Source: a virus
Lineage: Duplodnaviria; Heunggongvirae; Uroviricota; Caudoviricetes
DNA length: 64,000 nt
IMG/VR virus record: IMGVR_UViG_2880395615_000008
Reading direction: 5' to 3' (one strand)
The notes beneath the pieces were generated by a model, which was given only the letters and a program-made list of their open reading frames with translations, searched no databases and had not been told where the DNA came from. This document shows positions 32,334 to 41,532 of this stretch, piece by piece (the first letter of the stretch is position 1; each line of letters starts with the position of its first letter). The position numbers and the translations under genes are program-made.

Positions 32334-32746
32334 GTGAATTAGCTATCAGGCTTCAATTGTCGCTGGCATTCACATCAAAGGAGAAGAGCATGGAAATAAA
32401 ACCAGAAGATGAGTTAAGCAATATCGTTTTATTTCCGGTAAAAGAGGATGACCCACGTAATCAGGTTAATTTTCTTTATGAGCCATCGGAAAGAGCATAT
32501 TGTCATCACGCCTCTGTTCGGGTTGACGAAAAAGAGCGTCAGGTCCGCTGTAAAATCTGCGGTGCAGTTGTGGAGCCATTTGACTGGATGCTCTCTGTGG
32601 CGAAAAGAGAAACCAGACTGGCAGATGATGTAAGGATCTTGCGCCAGGAGGAACGGGAAAGGCGGAGAAATATAGAAAAGCTAATTCAGATTGAGCGTAA
32701 CGTGAAAGCGCGGATACGCAGGGTGACAAAATCCAGAACTGAATAA
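32330..32746 (+). CDS. Hypothetical protein (about 138 aa), basic C-terminus
   Basis: ORF overlapping previous stop; CHH...C..C cysteine/histidine cluster. Confidence 0.45.
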   Translation: MSELAIRLQLSLAFTSKEKSMEIKPEDELSNIVLFPVKEDDPRNQVNFLYEPSERAYCHHASVRVDEKERQVRCKICGAVVEPFDWMLSVAKRETRLADDVRILRQEERERRRNIEKLIQIERNVKARIRRVTKSRTE

Positions 32747-32794
32747 TTAAATTTAGCTCTGTTAAAAATTTAATCCTTAACCGGAGGTATATCA

Positions 32795-33007
32795 ATGTCA
32801 AACGCACAGAAAGTTATTAACGCTGAAAAATATAACGAGTGGGTGAAAAAGTTCTCAGAGCAGATTTTTAAAATTACTGGCGACGAGAATGCGGCAAAAA
32901 ATGAATTAGAGCCGTGGACACCTGAAGGTGTCGACCCAAATTATTGCTGGTGGGATGTTGATCCAGTTGATGCTGCAAATGAAGCTATGAGTTATCACAA
33001 CGATTAA
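32795..33007 (+). CDS. Hypothetical protein (70 aa)
   Basis: ORF with GGAGG RBS. Confidence 0.45.
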   Translation: MSNAQKVINAEKYNEWVKKFSEQIFKITGDENAAKNELEPWTPEGVDPNYCWWDVDPVDAANEAMSYHND

Positions 33008-33042
33008 TGTCAGGAGGCCGCCCGAAAGGGCGGTAATGAAAA

Positions 33043-33414
33043 GTGACTGAATTAACCAAAGAGAAATTAATCGAAGAAGCCAAATTAAAAATAGCGATTG
33101 CGAAATGCTACCCCAATTCAGGGATGGCACGGGTAGAGGGCGAGTTATTCAAAATTGCACTGGCATCGCTGGAAGCAGAACCGATAGCGTGGGAATGCGG
33201 TGAAAACATAATCCTGTTTAACCCTGACACAGTTGAAGCATACGCAAAACGTGCGGAAATATCACCTAAACCACTATTCTCCGCGCCGCCAGCGCTGGTA
33301 GTGCCTGATAAGTTGCCGCGTGAATACAGAAACGGTTGGCCTCTTGCGTATAGTGATTATGCTGAAGGCTGGAACGACTGCCGCGAAGCCATGCTTCAGG
33401 GAGATAAATCATGA
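33043..33414 (+). CDS. Hypothetical protein (123 aa)
   Basis: ORF; no recognisable motif. Confidence 0.45.
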   Translation: MTELTKEKLIEEAKLKIAIAKCYPNSGMARVEGELFKIALASLEAEPIAWECGENIILFNPDTVEAYAKRAEISPKPLFSAPPALVVPDKLPREYRNGWPLAYSDYAEGWNDCREAMLQGDKS

Positions 33415-33773
33415 TTAATCGTATCAAGCTGGAGCACATCCTCGAATATGCCAGGCAGCAGAGGCATATTGGTCAGCATTGTAAAATTCCACCAGGAGAT
33501 ATGGTTGAAATCATGGAGATTGCCATGCGCAAGGCTGGCAATTCTCCGGTAACTCCGGATGGTTGGATAAGCTGTAGTGAGCGAATGCCGAATACCAAAA
33601 CAGCCGTTCTTGTTGCCGTGGAGTTTGACAGGAAAGGTGACTGGCGAATGAAATGGGCTACTTACATCCCGGGGCATCCTGACGCTAATGATGGGTGGAT
33701 AATTCCTGGTGCGTCGTGGAAACCGTCACACTGGATGCCGCTACCAGAACCGCCGCAGGAGGTGCGCCAATGA
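33411..33773 (+). CDS. DUF551-type phage protein (120 aa)
   Basis: ...DGWISCSERMP... and tryptophan-rich C-terminus typical of DUF551 as I recall it. Confidence 0.5.
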   Translation: MINRIKLEHILEYARQQRHIGQHCKIPPGDMVEIMEIAMRKAGNSPVTPDGWISCSERMPNTKTAVLVAVEFDRKGDWRMKWATYIPGHPDANDGWIIPGASWKPSHWMPLPEPPQEVRQ

Positions 33774-33853
33774 TCTGGCCTGAAGCCTTTGCAATTACAG
33801 GCGTTGCTATAGCTATTGATTTTTTAGTATATGTTATTTGTCGGTGGGGGTAA
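33770..33853 (+). CDS. Small hydrophobic peptide (27 aa)
   Basis: ATG overlaps upstream stop (ATGA); MIWPEAFAITGVAIAIDFLVYVICRWG; below ORF-track length cutoff. Confidence 0.35.
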   Translation: MIWPEAFAITGVAIAIDFLVYVICRWG

Positions 33854-33888
33854 AAACGTTCGCCGGGATTCACACCAAAGGAGGGAAT

Positions 33889-33993
33889 ATGTCGGATGAT
33901 ATTTCACTGGCAATGGAAGGTGCGCTGGCTGTTATTGCTGTTGTGGGCGTTTACTGCCTGGTTGTGTTTTTGATGGATCGACTAGGGAACTGA
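33889..33993 (+). CDS. Small hydrophobic peptide (34 aa)
   Basis: Strong RBS AAGGAGGG 5 nt upstream; MSDDISLAMEGALAVIAVVGVYCLVVFLMDRLGN. Confidence 0.4.
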   Translation: MSDDISLAMEGALAVIAVVGVYCLVVFLMDRLGN

Positions 33994-34238
33994 ATTCATT
34001 ACGATATGGGAATTCCCATATCGGGTAAAAACGGTTTGCGGTAAAGCGAGAGTTAAGTAGAATTGCTGCGGGTGCTTGAGGCTATCTGCCTCGGGCATGA
34101 ACACCAACGGCAGATAGAGAAAAGCCCCAGTTAACATTACGCGTCCGGCAAGACGCTTAACATTAATCTGAGGCCATATCTATGCTCTACACACGTAGGT
34201 TAGCCTCTTACGTGCCGAAAGGCAAGGAGAAGCAGGCT

Positions 34239-34394
34239 ATGAAGCAGCAAAAGGCGATGCTAATCGCCCTGATCGTCATCTGTTTAACCGTCATAGTGAC
34301 GGCACTGGTAACGAGGAAAGACCTCTGCGAGGTACGAATCCGAACCGGCCAGACGGAGGTCGCTGTCTTCACAGCTTACGAACCTGAGGAGTAA
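34239..34394 (+). CDS. hok: Hok/Gef-family type I toxin (51 aa; HokD/RelF-like)
   Basis: MKQQKAMLIALIVICLTVIVTALVTRKDLCEVRIRTGQTEVAVFTAYEPEE matches remembered HokD; upstream in-frame extension from 34182; terminator hairpin after the gene. Confidence 0.85.
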   Translation: MKQQKAMLIALIVICLTVIVTALVTRKDLCEVRIRTGQTEVAVFTAYEPEE

Positions 34395-34645
34395 GAGACC
34401 TGGCGGGGGAGAAATCCCTCGCCACCTCTGATGTGTCAGGCATCCTCAACGCACCCCACTTAACTCGCTTCGGCGGTTTTTTGTTGTTTATTTTCGGTGA
34501 GCGTGATGCATCTGGTTGTACCGATGTGGCTGGCTGATTCTGTTATTCAGGTGGTTTATTGCTGTTGATTGGCATGTCTTCACGGCTAGAATCGAGGCTC
34601 TTAAGTAGCGCGCAGGGATAAGAGGGATGGCCCCCATAAGGGGAG

Positions 34646-34840
34646 GTGTTTATAGTTCATGGGATTTTTGTTATGAACGATAAGGAATTAATTGCTGCGC
34701 TTTCTATACCAGGTAATTATGAAGTAATAGTTCTTGGGAATGGTGAGTTTATCGTAATGCCATTGCCATCTGATGTTATTCTGATCAGCAAAGAATCGCA
34801 TGCGGATTCGGTCAGTTACTTCAGCATTAAAAGAGACTAG
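34646..34840 (+). CDS. Hypothetical small protein
   Basis: ORF only; start uncertain (GTG 34646 or ATG 34673). Confidence 0.3.
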   Translation: MFIVHGIFVMNDKELIAALSIPGNYEVIVLGNGEFIVMPLPSDVILISKESHADSVSYFSIKRD

Positions 34841-34905
34841 ATTATAATGCTGTAGTAAAGCCAGCCTGAACAACTGGCGTCTGTCGCACCATTACGAGGA
34901 TAGTA

Positions 34906-35184
34906 GTGGTGCATTACAAGAAACTTAACAATTCTGATAATTCAGCCGTCTTTGCCAGCAGGCACGGGCGGTGTTCTCATGCATTCAAATCTGACTGGTT
35001 CCAGCATGACCCATGCACTGAAGAACAGGCCGAATGGCTGATTCAGTGCTACCGCAGACGTGGTTACGAGTTTCAGAAAGATCTCAGCTTCGATCGTCGT
35101 CACTGGATAATCTCCGCCAGGCTCCCTTATTCCGAACGCCCACCGCGTCCGTCCCGCACATTCCAGCAGCGCATCTGGAGGTAA
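34906..35184 (+). CDS. Hypothetical protein (92 aa)
   Basis: ORF ending 1 nt before the start of the YdfU-like gene. Confidence 0.4.
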   Translation: MVHYKKLNNSDNSAVFASRHGRCSHAFKSDWFQHDPCTEEQAEWLIQCYRRRGYEFQKDLSFDRRHWIISARLPYSERPPRPSRTFQQRIWR

Positions 35185-35185
35185 C

Positions 35186-36235
35186 GTGCGGGTATTACTT
35201 CGACCTGTTCTGGTACCGGAACTCGGTCTGGTTATCGTTAAGCCAGGCCGTGAATCAATGTCAGTATTCCATAACGGCAGAATATTGGTGGAGCCGGAAC
35301 CGAAAAACATGCGCGGTCTGCCGTCCGGAGTCGTTCCTGCCGTTCGCCAGCCGCTGGCAGAGGATAAAACATTACTGCCATTTTTCAGCGATGAGCGGGT
35401 TATTCGTGCAGCAGGTGGTGCAGGTGCACTGTCTGACTGGTTATTACGTCACGTGAAATCCTGCCAGTGGCCACACGGCGATTATCATCACAGCGAAACA
35501 GTCATTCACCGTTATGGTACCGGCGCGATGGTGTTGTGCTGGCACTGCGACAACCAGCTGCGCGACCAGACATCAGAATCACTCGATCAACTTGCTCAGC
35601 AGAATCTGGTTGCCTGGATGATTGATGTCATCCGTCACGCAATAAGCGGTACGCAGGAGAGGGAGTTATCGCTGGCCGAATTATCCTGGTGGGCGGCCTG
35701 CAATCAGGTGGTGGATGCACTACCTGAGGCAGTAGCGCGTCGTTCGCTGGGATTACCAGCGGAAAAAATCCGCTCCGTATACCGTGAGAGTGACATCGTA
35801 CCGGGAGAACAGACAGCCATCAGCATACTGAAGCAGCGCACAAAAAATATTGCGCTGCCACTTCACGTCCACCAGCAACAAAATCCACCACAGAAAAAAA
35901 CGGTTGTCAGTATCGCCGTTGATCCGGAGTCTCCTGAATCGTTCATGAAACGACCTAAACGTCGCCGCTGGGTAAATGAGAAATACACACGCTGGGTAAA
36001 GACACAGCCGTGTGCGTGTTGTGGTAAGCCAGCCGACGATCCCCATCACCTGATTGGTCATGGTCAGGGCGGAATGGGGACAAAATCTCACGATATTTTC
36101 ACGCTACCGCTGTGTCGGGAGCATCACAACGAGCTTCATGCGGATCCGCTGGCGTTCGAAGAAAAGCATGGTTCTCAGGTTGATTTAATTTTTCGTTTTC
36201 TTGATCACGCCTTTGCAACTGGCGTGCTTGGGTAA
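35186..36235 (+). CDS. YdfU-like DUF968 protein with C-terminal HNH-like Cys/His motif (349 aa)
   Basis: C-terminus ...CACCGKPADDPHHLIGHGQGGMGTKSHDIFTLPLCREHHNELH...; GTG start; same length and position as Qin ydfU as I recall. Confidence 0.6.
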   Translation: MRVLLRPVLVPELGLVIVKPGRESMSVFHNGRILVEPEPKNMRGLPSGVVPAVRQPLAEDKTLLPFFSDERVIRAAGGAGALSDWLLRHVKSCQWPHGDYHHSETVIHRYGTGAMVLCWHCDNQLRDQTSESLDQLAQQNLVAWMIDVIRHAISGTQERELSLAELSWWAACNQVVDALPEAVARRSLGLPAEKIRSVYRESDIVPGEQTAISILKQRTKNIALPLHVHQQQNPPQKKTVVSIAVDPESPESFMKRPKRRRWVNEKYTRWVKTQPCACCGKPADDPHHLIGHGQGGMGTKSHDIFTLPLCREHHNELHADPLAFEEKHGSQVDLIFRFLDHAFATGVLG

Positions 36236-36247
36236 AAGAGGTGACTG

Positions 36248-36622
36248 ATGCTCATAGATTTGGTTTTACCTTACCCGCCGACGGTGAACACTTACTGGCG
36301 ACGCCGTGGCAGCACATATTTTGTATCAAAAGCCGGGGAGCGTTATCGCCGGGCAGTGGCGCTTATTGTTCGCCAGCAGCGACTGAAATTAAGCCTGTCC
36401 GGACGGCTGGCAATAAAAATTATTGCAGAGCCACCGGATAAGCGCCGCCGTGACCTGGACAATATTCTGAAAGCACCGCTGGATGCGCTGACGCACGCGG
36501 GGTTGTTAATGGACGATGAGCAGTTTGATGAAATCAATATTGTACGTGGAAAGCCAGTATCTGGTGGACGTCTGGGGGTGAAGATTTACCCCATAATGCT
36601 TGAAGGGCAGGTCAAAAAATGA
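36248..36622 (+). CDS. rusA: Holliday junction resolvase RusA
   Basis: 124 aa; ...PPDKRRRDLDNILKAPLDALTHAGLLMDDEQ... matches the RusA family. Confidence 0.85.
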   Translation: MLIDLVLPYPPTVNTYWRRRGSTYFVSKAGERYRRAVALIVRQQRLKLSLSGRLAIKIIAEPPDKRRRDLDNILKAPLDALTHAGLLMDDEQFDEINIVRGKPVSGGRLGVKIYPIMLEGQVKK

Positions 36623-37440
36623 AACTGGAAGATTTACCGAAATACTACTCCCCAAAATCCCCTGGCCTGACCGATGCATCGGCCTCAACGTCAAAAGATG
36701 CGCTGAGTATCACTGATGTGATGGCCGCGCAGGGCATGACACAGAATCGGGCTGAGATGGGGTTTTCTGCGTTCCTTGGGAAAATGGGCATTAGTATGAA
36801 TGACAGAGAGCGGGCAACAGAATTGCTGACAGAATATGCACTCAGTCGGTGTGATCGCGTGGCGGCGTTAAGAAAACTCCCGGCAGAAATAAAACCGGCA
36901 GTGATGCGTATTATGGCTTCGTATGCGTTTGAAGATTATGCCCGTAGCGCGGCGAGCAAAAAACAGTGCCCCTGCTGTCACGGAAAAAAATTTATTGAAA
37001 GCGAGGTTTTTACAAACAAGATCCAGTATCCGGATGGTAAGCCGCCAGTGTGGGCAAAGTGCACAAAAGGCGTGTATCCGTCTTACTGGGAGGAATGGAA
37101 AAAAGTCAGGGAGGTGGTAAAAGTTGCCTGTCCGGAGTGTGGCGGAAAGGGTGAGGTTTCCACCGCCTGTAAGGATTGCCGTGGGCGTGGTGTCGCCATT
37201 CATCGTGAAGAGTCGGTAAAACGTGGTATGCCTGTTATCAGAGACTGCCAGCGTTGTGGTGGTCGTGGCTGTGAAAGACTACCATCAACGGAGGCATTTA
37301 ATGCCATATGTAATGTAACCGATGCCATATCTCTTGATACATGGAAAAAAACAGTTAAACGTTTTTACGATACGCTGGTGGTGCAGTTTGATATTGAAGA
37401 AGCATGGGCAGAACAACAACTGAAAAAGGTGACCAGATAG
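36619..37440 (+). CDS. Late-gene antiterminator Q-like protein (QuuQ-like) with DnaJ-type CxxCxGxG zinc-finger repeats
   Basis: 273 aa immediately upstream of a lambda-like pR'/tR' region; motifs CPCCHGKK, CPECGGKG, CKDCRGRG, CQRCGGRG. Confidence 0.55.
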   Translation: MKLEDLPKYYSPKSPGLTDASASTSKDALSITDVMAAQGMTQNRAEMGFSAFLGKMGISMNDRERATELLTEYALSRCDRVAALRKLPAEIKPAVMRIMASYAFEDYARSAASKKQCPCCHGKKFIESEVFTNKIQYPDGKPPVWAKCTKGVYPSYWEEWKKVREVVKVACPECGGKGEVSTACKDCRGRGVAIHREESVKRGMPVIRDCQRCGGRGCERLPSTEAFNAICNVTDAISLDTWKKTVKRFYDTLVVQFDIEEAWAEQQLKKVTR

Positions 37441-37442
37441 CT

Positions 37443-37473
37443 TTGTTGATTTTTCCCGAATCTGTGGTAAATT
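37443..37473 (+). promoter_or_regulatory. Late promoter pR'-like with adjacent qut-like region
   Basis: TTGTTG ... GGTAAATTTGCCCTAACGATGGGCG resembles lambda pR' (TTGACT ... GGTAAATTTGACTCAACGATGGG). Confidence 0.55.
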
Positions 37474-37519
37474 TGCCCTAACGATGGGCGTTTTATGCCT
37501 GACGTTAGAAGATTTTTTA

Positions 37520-37545
37520 CACCCCGCCGCATGGCGGGTTTTTTA
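37520..37545 (+). terminator. tR'-like intrinsic terminator ending a short leader (6S-like) RNA
   Basis: CCCCGCCGC-ATG-GCGGG hairpin + TTTTTT about 50 nt downstream of the pR'-like -10. Confidence 0.6.
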
Positions 37546-37666
37546 TGACTGAAATCGCGTCAGTACAGTAAACGCGCTGGTGGCGGTGAATACCGGTCTT
37601 TCAGCTTGCTGGCTTTTTTGACAAGAGTTATTGGTGTGTCACGTTAACCGAAAAAGGGAAAAAGAC

Positions 37667-37864
37667 ATGCTGAAACAGCAGGATATGACAGAAACCGCCA
37701 GAGCAGTGTTTAATGAATTAAGCGTCACCGAACCGGCGACAGTCGGGGAGATTGCGCAGAATACTTACCTTTCACGCGAACGCTGCCAGTTAATACTGAC
37801 CCAGCTTGTTATGGCGGGTCTGGCAGACTATCAGTTCGGTTGTTACAGACGCCTTCAGTCCTGA
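37667..37864 (+). CDS. Hypothetical small protein (65 aa), first ORF of late operon; terminator-like hairpin follows
   Basis: ORF from ATG 37667; GCCTTCAG-TCC-TGAAGGC hairpin + T-run at about 37845-37875. Confidence 0.4.
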   Translation: MLKQQDMTETARAVFNELSVTEPATVGEIAQNTYLSRERCQLILTQLVMAGLADYQFGCYRRLQS

Positions 37865-38014
37865 AGGCTTTTTTATTTGTGGTAAATGGGCGGCTGGTGG
37901 GTGTTAGGGGCACTCACCAGCCATCTGCTCATGCGTCTGGATCACAAGCAAACCTCAGGCCCACTGCTTTGCGCAAAAGCAGAATGAGCCTATCAGAGAC
38001 AGGCTTAATGATCC

Positions 38015-39073
38015 ATGTTTAACACTGTAAAAATATCCAGTTGTGAGTTGATCAACGCTGACTGCCTGGAATTTATCCGGTCGTTACCCGAAAATTCTGT
38101 TGACCTGATAGTCACGGACCCGCCGTACTTTAAAGTGAAGCCTGAGGGCTGGGATAACCAGTGGAAGGGCGACGATGATTACCTGAAGTGGCTGGACCAG
38201 TGTCTGGCGCAGTTCTGGCGGGTGCTGAAACCTGCCGGAAGTCTTTACCTGTTCTGTGGCCATCGCCTGGCATCTGACATTGAAATCATGATGCGTGAAC
38301 GCTTCAGTGTGCTGAACCATATTATCTGGGCGAAGCCGTCCGGACGCTGGAACGGGTGCAACAAGGAAAGCCTGAGGGCGTATTTCCCCGCCACAGAGCG
38401 CATTCTGTTCGCGGAACATTATCAGGGGCCGTATCGTCCGAAAGATGCCGGGTATGAGGCGAAGGGCAGGGCACTGAAACAGCATGTGATGGCTCCGCTG
38501 ATTTCTTACTTTCGTGATGCGCGTGCTGCTCTGGGGATAACGGCAAAACAGATAGTGGATGCCACAGGAAAGAAAAACATGGTGTCGCACTGGTTCAGTG
38601 CCAGTCAGTGGCAGCTACCGAACGAAAGCGATTATCTGAAATTACAGGCGCTGTTTGCCCGGGTGGCAGAAGAGAAGCATCAGCGGGGTGAACTGGAGAA
38701 GCCCCACCACCAGCTGCTGGAGACGTATACTTCACTGAACCGGCAGTATGCGGAACTACAGAGTGAATATAAGCATCTGCGGCGGTATTTTGGCGTGACG
38801 GCGCAGGTGCCGTACACGGATGTGTGGACGCATAAACCGGTGCAGTACTATCCCGGGAAACATCCGTGCGAAAAACCGGCAGAAATGCTGCAGCAGATAA
38901 TCAGTGCGAGCAGTCGTCCGGGTGACCTGGTTGCAGATTTCTTCATGGGGTCGGGTTCGACAGTCAAAGCCGCGATGGCGCTGGGGCGTCGTGCAACTGG
39001 CGTTGAGCTGGAGACTGAACGTTTTGAGCAGACGGTCAGGGAAGTACAGGATTTAGTCAGTCAGAACGGATGA
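38015..39073 (+). CDS. DNA N6-adenine methyltransferase (orphan, phage-encoded)
   Basis: Motif IV DPPY near N-terminus (LIVTDPPYF) and AdoMet-binding FxGxG (FFMGSGST) near C-terminus. Confidence 0.8.
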   Translation: MFNTVKISSCELINADCLEFIRSLPENSVDLIVTDPPYFKVKPEGWDNQWKGDDDYLKWLDQCLAQFWRVLKPAGSLYLFCGHRLASDIEIMMRERFSVLNHIIWAKPSGRWNGCNKESLRAYFPATERILFAEHYQGPYRPKDAGYEAKGRALKQHVMAPLISYFRDARAALGITAKQIVDATGKKNMVSHWFSASQWQLPNESDYLKLQALFARVAEEKHQRGELEKPHHQLLETYTSLNRQYAELQSEYKHLRRYFGVTAQVPYTDVWTHKPVQYYPGKHPCEKPAEMLQQIISASSRPGDLVADFFMGSGSTVKAAMALGRRATGVELETERFEQTVREVQDLVSQNG

Positions 39074-39324
39074 TATTGCAGAATTAACCGGGTATCAGGT
39101 ACGCCCCGAAAATTTTAAATGTCTCACAATTCAGACGGTTGACAGTTGTCTGGTTTGCGGGGAGTTTGTTAAAAGAAACTGGCATGGTGAATCCCCCTGA
39201 GCGGAGGGGCATATCAGCGCAGGTGTTTCTACTCTATCCTTTCTGTGCGGGTTCAGGTGCTGATACTGAACTCACCGGGAGGCACCCGGCACCATGCATA
39301 TGGTTAACAGACACGTAGCGAAGC

Positions 39325-39350
39325 CCCTCTCCGGAGGGGCTTTTTTTATG
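39325..39350 (+). terminator. Intrinsic terminator-like hairpin (GCCCCTCTCCGGAGGGGC + T7)
   Basis: Perfect GC-rich stem followed by TTTTTTT; a second hairpin AAAAAAAGCCCGCG...CGCGGGC at about 39355-39385. Confidence 0.55.
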
Positions 39351-39576
39351 GGCAAAAAAAGCCCGCGCTGGGAGACGCGGGCGGCAAGGAATAAACAACA
39401 AAACGTGAAGTAATATTTCAGCTGGCGAATAATACCCCATGGTAATCACTCTGCGCAACTGCGCGGCCTTTTTCGAATTGCGGGCTGTAAGTCTCCCTTC
39501 TGCCATTGTCCTGTAACTTCCGGACTTCAGCCCGCTCTTTATCTGATTCAGTACACTATCCCGGCCGGGAGGATTC

Positions 39577-41523
39577 ATGACATTTAAACATTACGATGTG
39601 GTCAGGGCGGCATCGCCGTCAGACCTTGCTGATGCACTTGCGCAAAAAATTCGTGAAGGATGGCAACCATACGGTGGGCCGTTTTCTTCGTATACGGATG
39701 ATGGCGCAGCACTTATTCAGGCGATTGTCGCAGAAGGTGATGTGAGCACACCTGTTGTGGTGAAGCCGACAGGTGGAGAAGGTGCAGTAATCAGTGCCAC
39801 CAGCGACCCGGAGTATTACTTTGTTGTGGTTCTGGCGGGGCAGTCAAACAGCATGGCATATGGTGAAGGCCTTCCGCTGCCGGAGACATATGACCGTCCG
39901 GACCCGCGTATTAAGCAGCTGGCGCGCCGCAGTACGGTGACACCGGGCGGTGTCGCCTGTAAATATAACGACATCATTCCGGCGGACCATTGTCTGCATG
40001 ATGTGCAGGACATGAGCCGCCTTAACCATCCGAAAGCGGACCTGTCAAAGGGGCAGTACGGAACCGTGGGGCAGGGGCTGCATATCGCCAAAAAATTGCT
40101 GCCGTTTATACCGGCGAATGCGGGCATTCTGCTGGTTCCGTGCTGTCGTGGTGGTTCAGCGTTCACCACCGGAGCCGATGGCACATACAGTGACGCGAGT
40201 GGTGCCTCGGAGAATTCAACCCGCTGGGGTGTGGACAAGCCGCTGTATAAGGACCTTATCGGTCGAACAAAAGCAGCACTGAAGAAGAATCCGAAAAATG
40301 TGCTGTTTGCCGTGGTGTGGATGCAGGGGGAATTTGATTTTGGCGGTACGCCGGTAAATCACGCCGCACAGTTTGGTGCGCTGGTTGATAAATTCCGTGC
40401 AGACCTGGCGGATATGGCAGGCCAGTGCGTCGGTGGCTCTGCTGGCGGTGTTCCCTGGATATGCGGGGACACGACGTATTTCTGGAAGCAGAAGAACGAA
40501 TCCACGTACCAGACGGTGTATGGCAGCTATAAAAACAAAACGGAAAAGAATATCCATTTCGTACCGTTCATGACCGATGAGAACGGGGTGAATGTGCCGA
40601 CGAACAAACCGGAAGAAGACCCGGACATTCCGGGTATCGGATATTACGGTTCGAAATGGCGTGACAGCTCAGCCACCTGGACGTCACAGGACAGGGCGAG
40701 CCATTTCAGCGCCTGGGCACGCCGTGGGATTATTTCCGACCGTCTGGCAACGGCGATTTTGCGCCATGCGGGAAGAGTGGCGCTAAACGCGGGGGCATCA
40801 TCGACAGTATCAGAGGTGCGCCCGTCATCGCCTTCCGGTGCAGAAGCCACAGGCGTCACAACACTGCTCTCTTACCTTGCCAGCGAGTCAGAGGGAAGCC
40901 TGAAAGTACAGGGATGGTCAGCCAGTGGCGGCAGGGCAGAAGTGGTCAGCGATGCGGAGGGAACCGGAGGTAAGGCAGTGAAGCTGACCAAGGAAGCCGG
41001 TAAAAGCAGCTGGGTGCTGGAGTACGCCGCGGGCAACGGTGCGGCTCTGTTACAGAAAGGGGGGCAGATTCGCTGCCGCTTTAAGGTTTCGGGAGCGCTG
41101 GCTGCGAACCAGTATGTTATGGCGTTTTACTGGCCGGTATCTTCACTGCCACAGGGCGTTGCCCTGACCGGAGACGGGGGGAATAACCTGCTGGCAGCGT
41201 TCTACATCCAGACAGATGCAAAAGACCTGAATGTGATGTACCACAATGCGAAAGTGGCGACAAACAACCTGAAACTGGGAACCTTTGGCGCATTTGATAA
41301 CGAATGGCATACGCTGGCTTTCCGCTTTGCCGGGAATAACAGCCTTCAGGTGACGCCGGCTATTGATGGTCAGGATGGCACACCGTTCACGCTGACGCAG
41401 TCACCGGTCAGTGCATTTGCGGCGGATAAACTGCATGTGACAGACATTACCAGGAATGCGACTTACCCGGTACTGATAGACAGCATTGCGGTGGAAGTGA
41501 ACAGCACAGACACTGCGGCATGA
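39577..41523 (+). CDS. SGNH-hydrolase esterase, NanS-p-like (prophage sialate O-acetylesterase)
   Basis: 648 aa; VVVLAGQSNSMAYGEG (GQSN motif); position between Q/methylase and the lysis genes as for nanS-p genes in EHEC prophages. Confidence 0.6.
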   Translation: MTFKHYDVVRAASPSDLADALAQKIREGWQPYGGPFSSYTDDGAALIQAIVAEGDVSTPVVVKPTGGEGAVISATSDPEYYFVVVLAGQSNSMAYGEGLPLPETYDRPDPRIKQLARRSTVTPGGVACKYNDIIPADHCLHDVQDMSRLNHPKADLSKGQYGTVGQGLHIAKKLLPFIPANAGILLVPCCRGGSAFTTGADGTYSDASGASENSTRWGVDKPLYKDLIGRTKAALKKNPKNVLFAVVWMQGEFDFGGTPVNHAAQFGALVDKFRADLADMAGQCVGGSAGGVPWICGDTTYFWKQKNESTYQTVYGSYKNKTEKNIHFVPFMTDENGVNVPTNKPEEDPDIPGIGYYGSKWRDSSATWTSQDRASHFSAWARRGIISDRLATAILRHAGRVALNAGASSTVSEVRPSSPSGAEATGVTTLLSYLASESEGSLKVQGWSASGGRAEVVSDAEGTGGKAVKLTKEAGKSSWVLEYAAGNGAALLQKGGQIRCRFKVSGALAANQYVMAFYWPVSSLPQGVALTGDGGNNLLAAFYIQTDAKDLNVMYHNAKVATNNLKLGTFGAFDNEWHTLAFRFAGNNSLQVTPAIDGQDGTPFTLTQSPVSAFAADKLHVTDITRNATYPVLIDSIAVEVNSTDTAA

Positions 41524-41532
41524 TAAAAAAAA

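Noticed and set aside
39234-39578. 114-aa minus-strand ORF
   Set aside because: Spans the hairpin/terminator-rich intergenic region and overlaps the start of the esterase gene; more likely non-coding structure.
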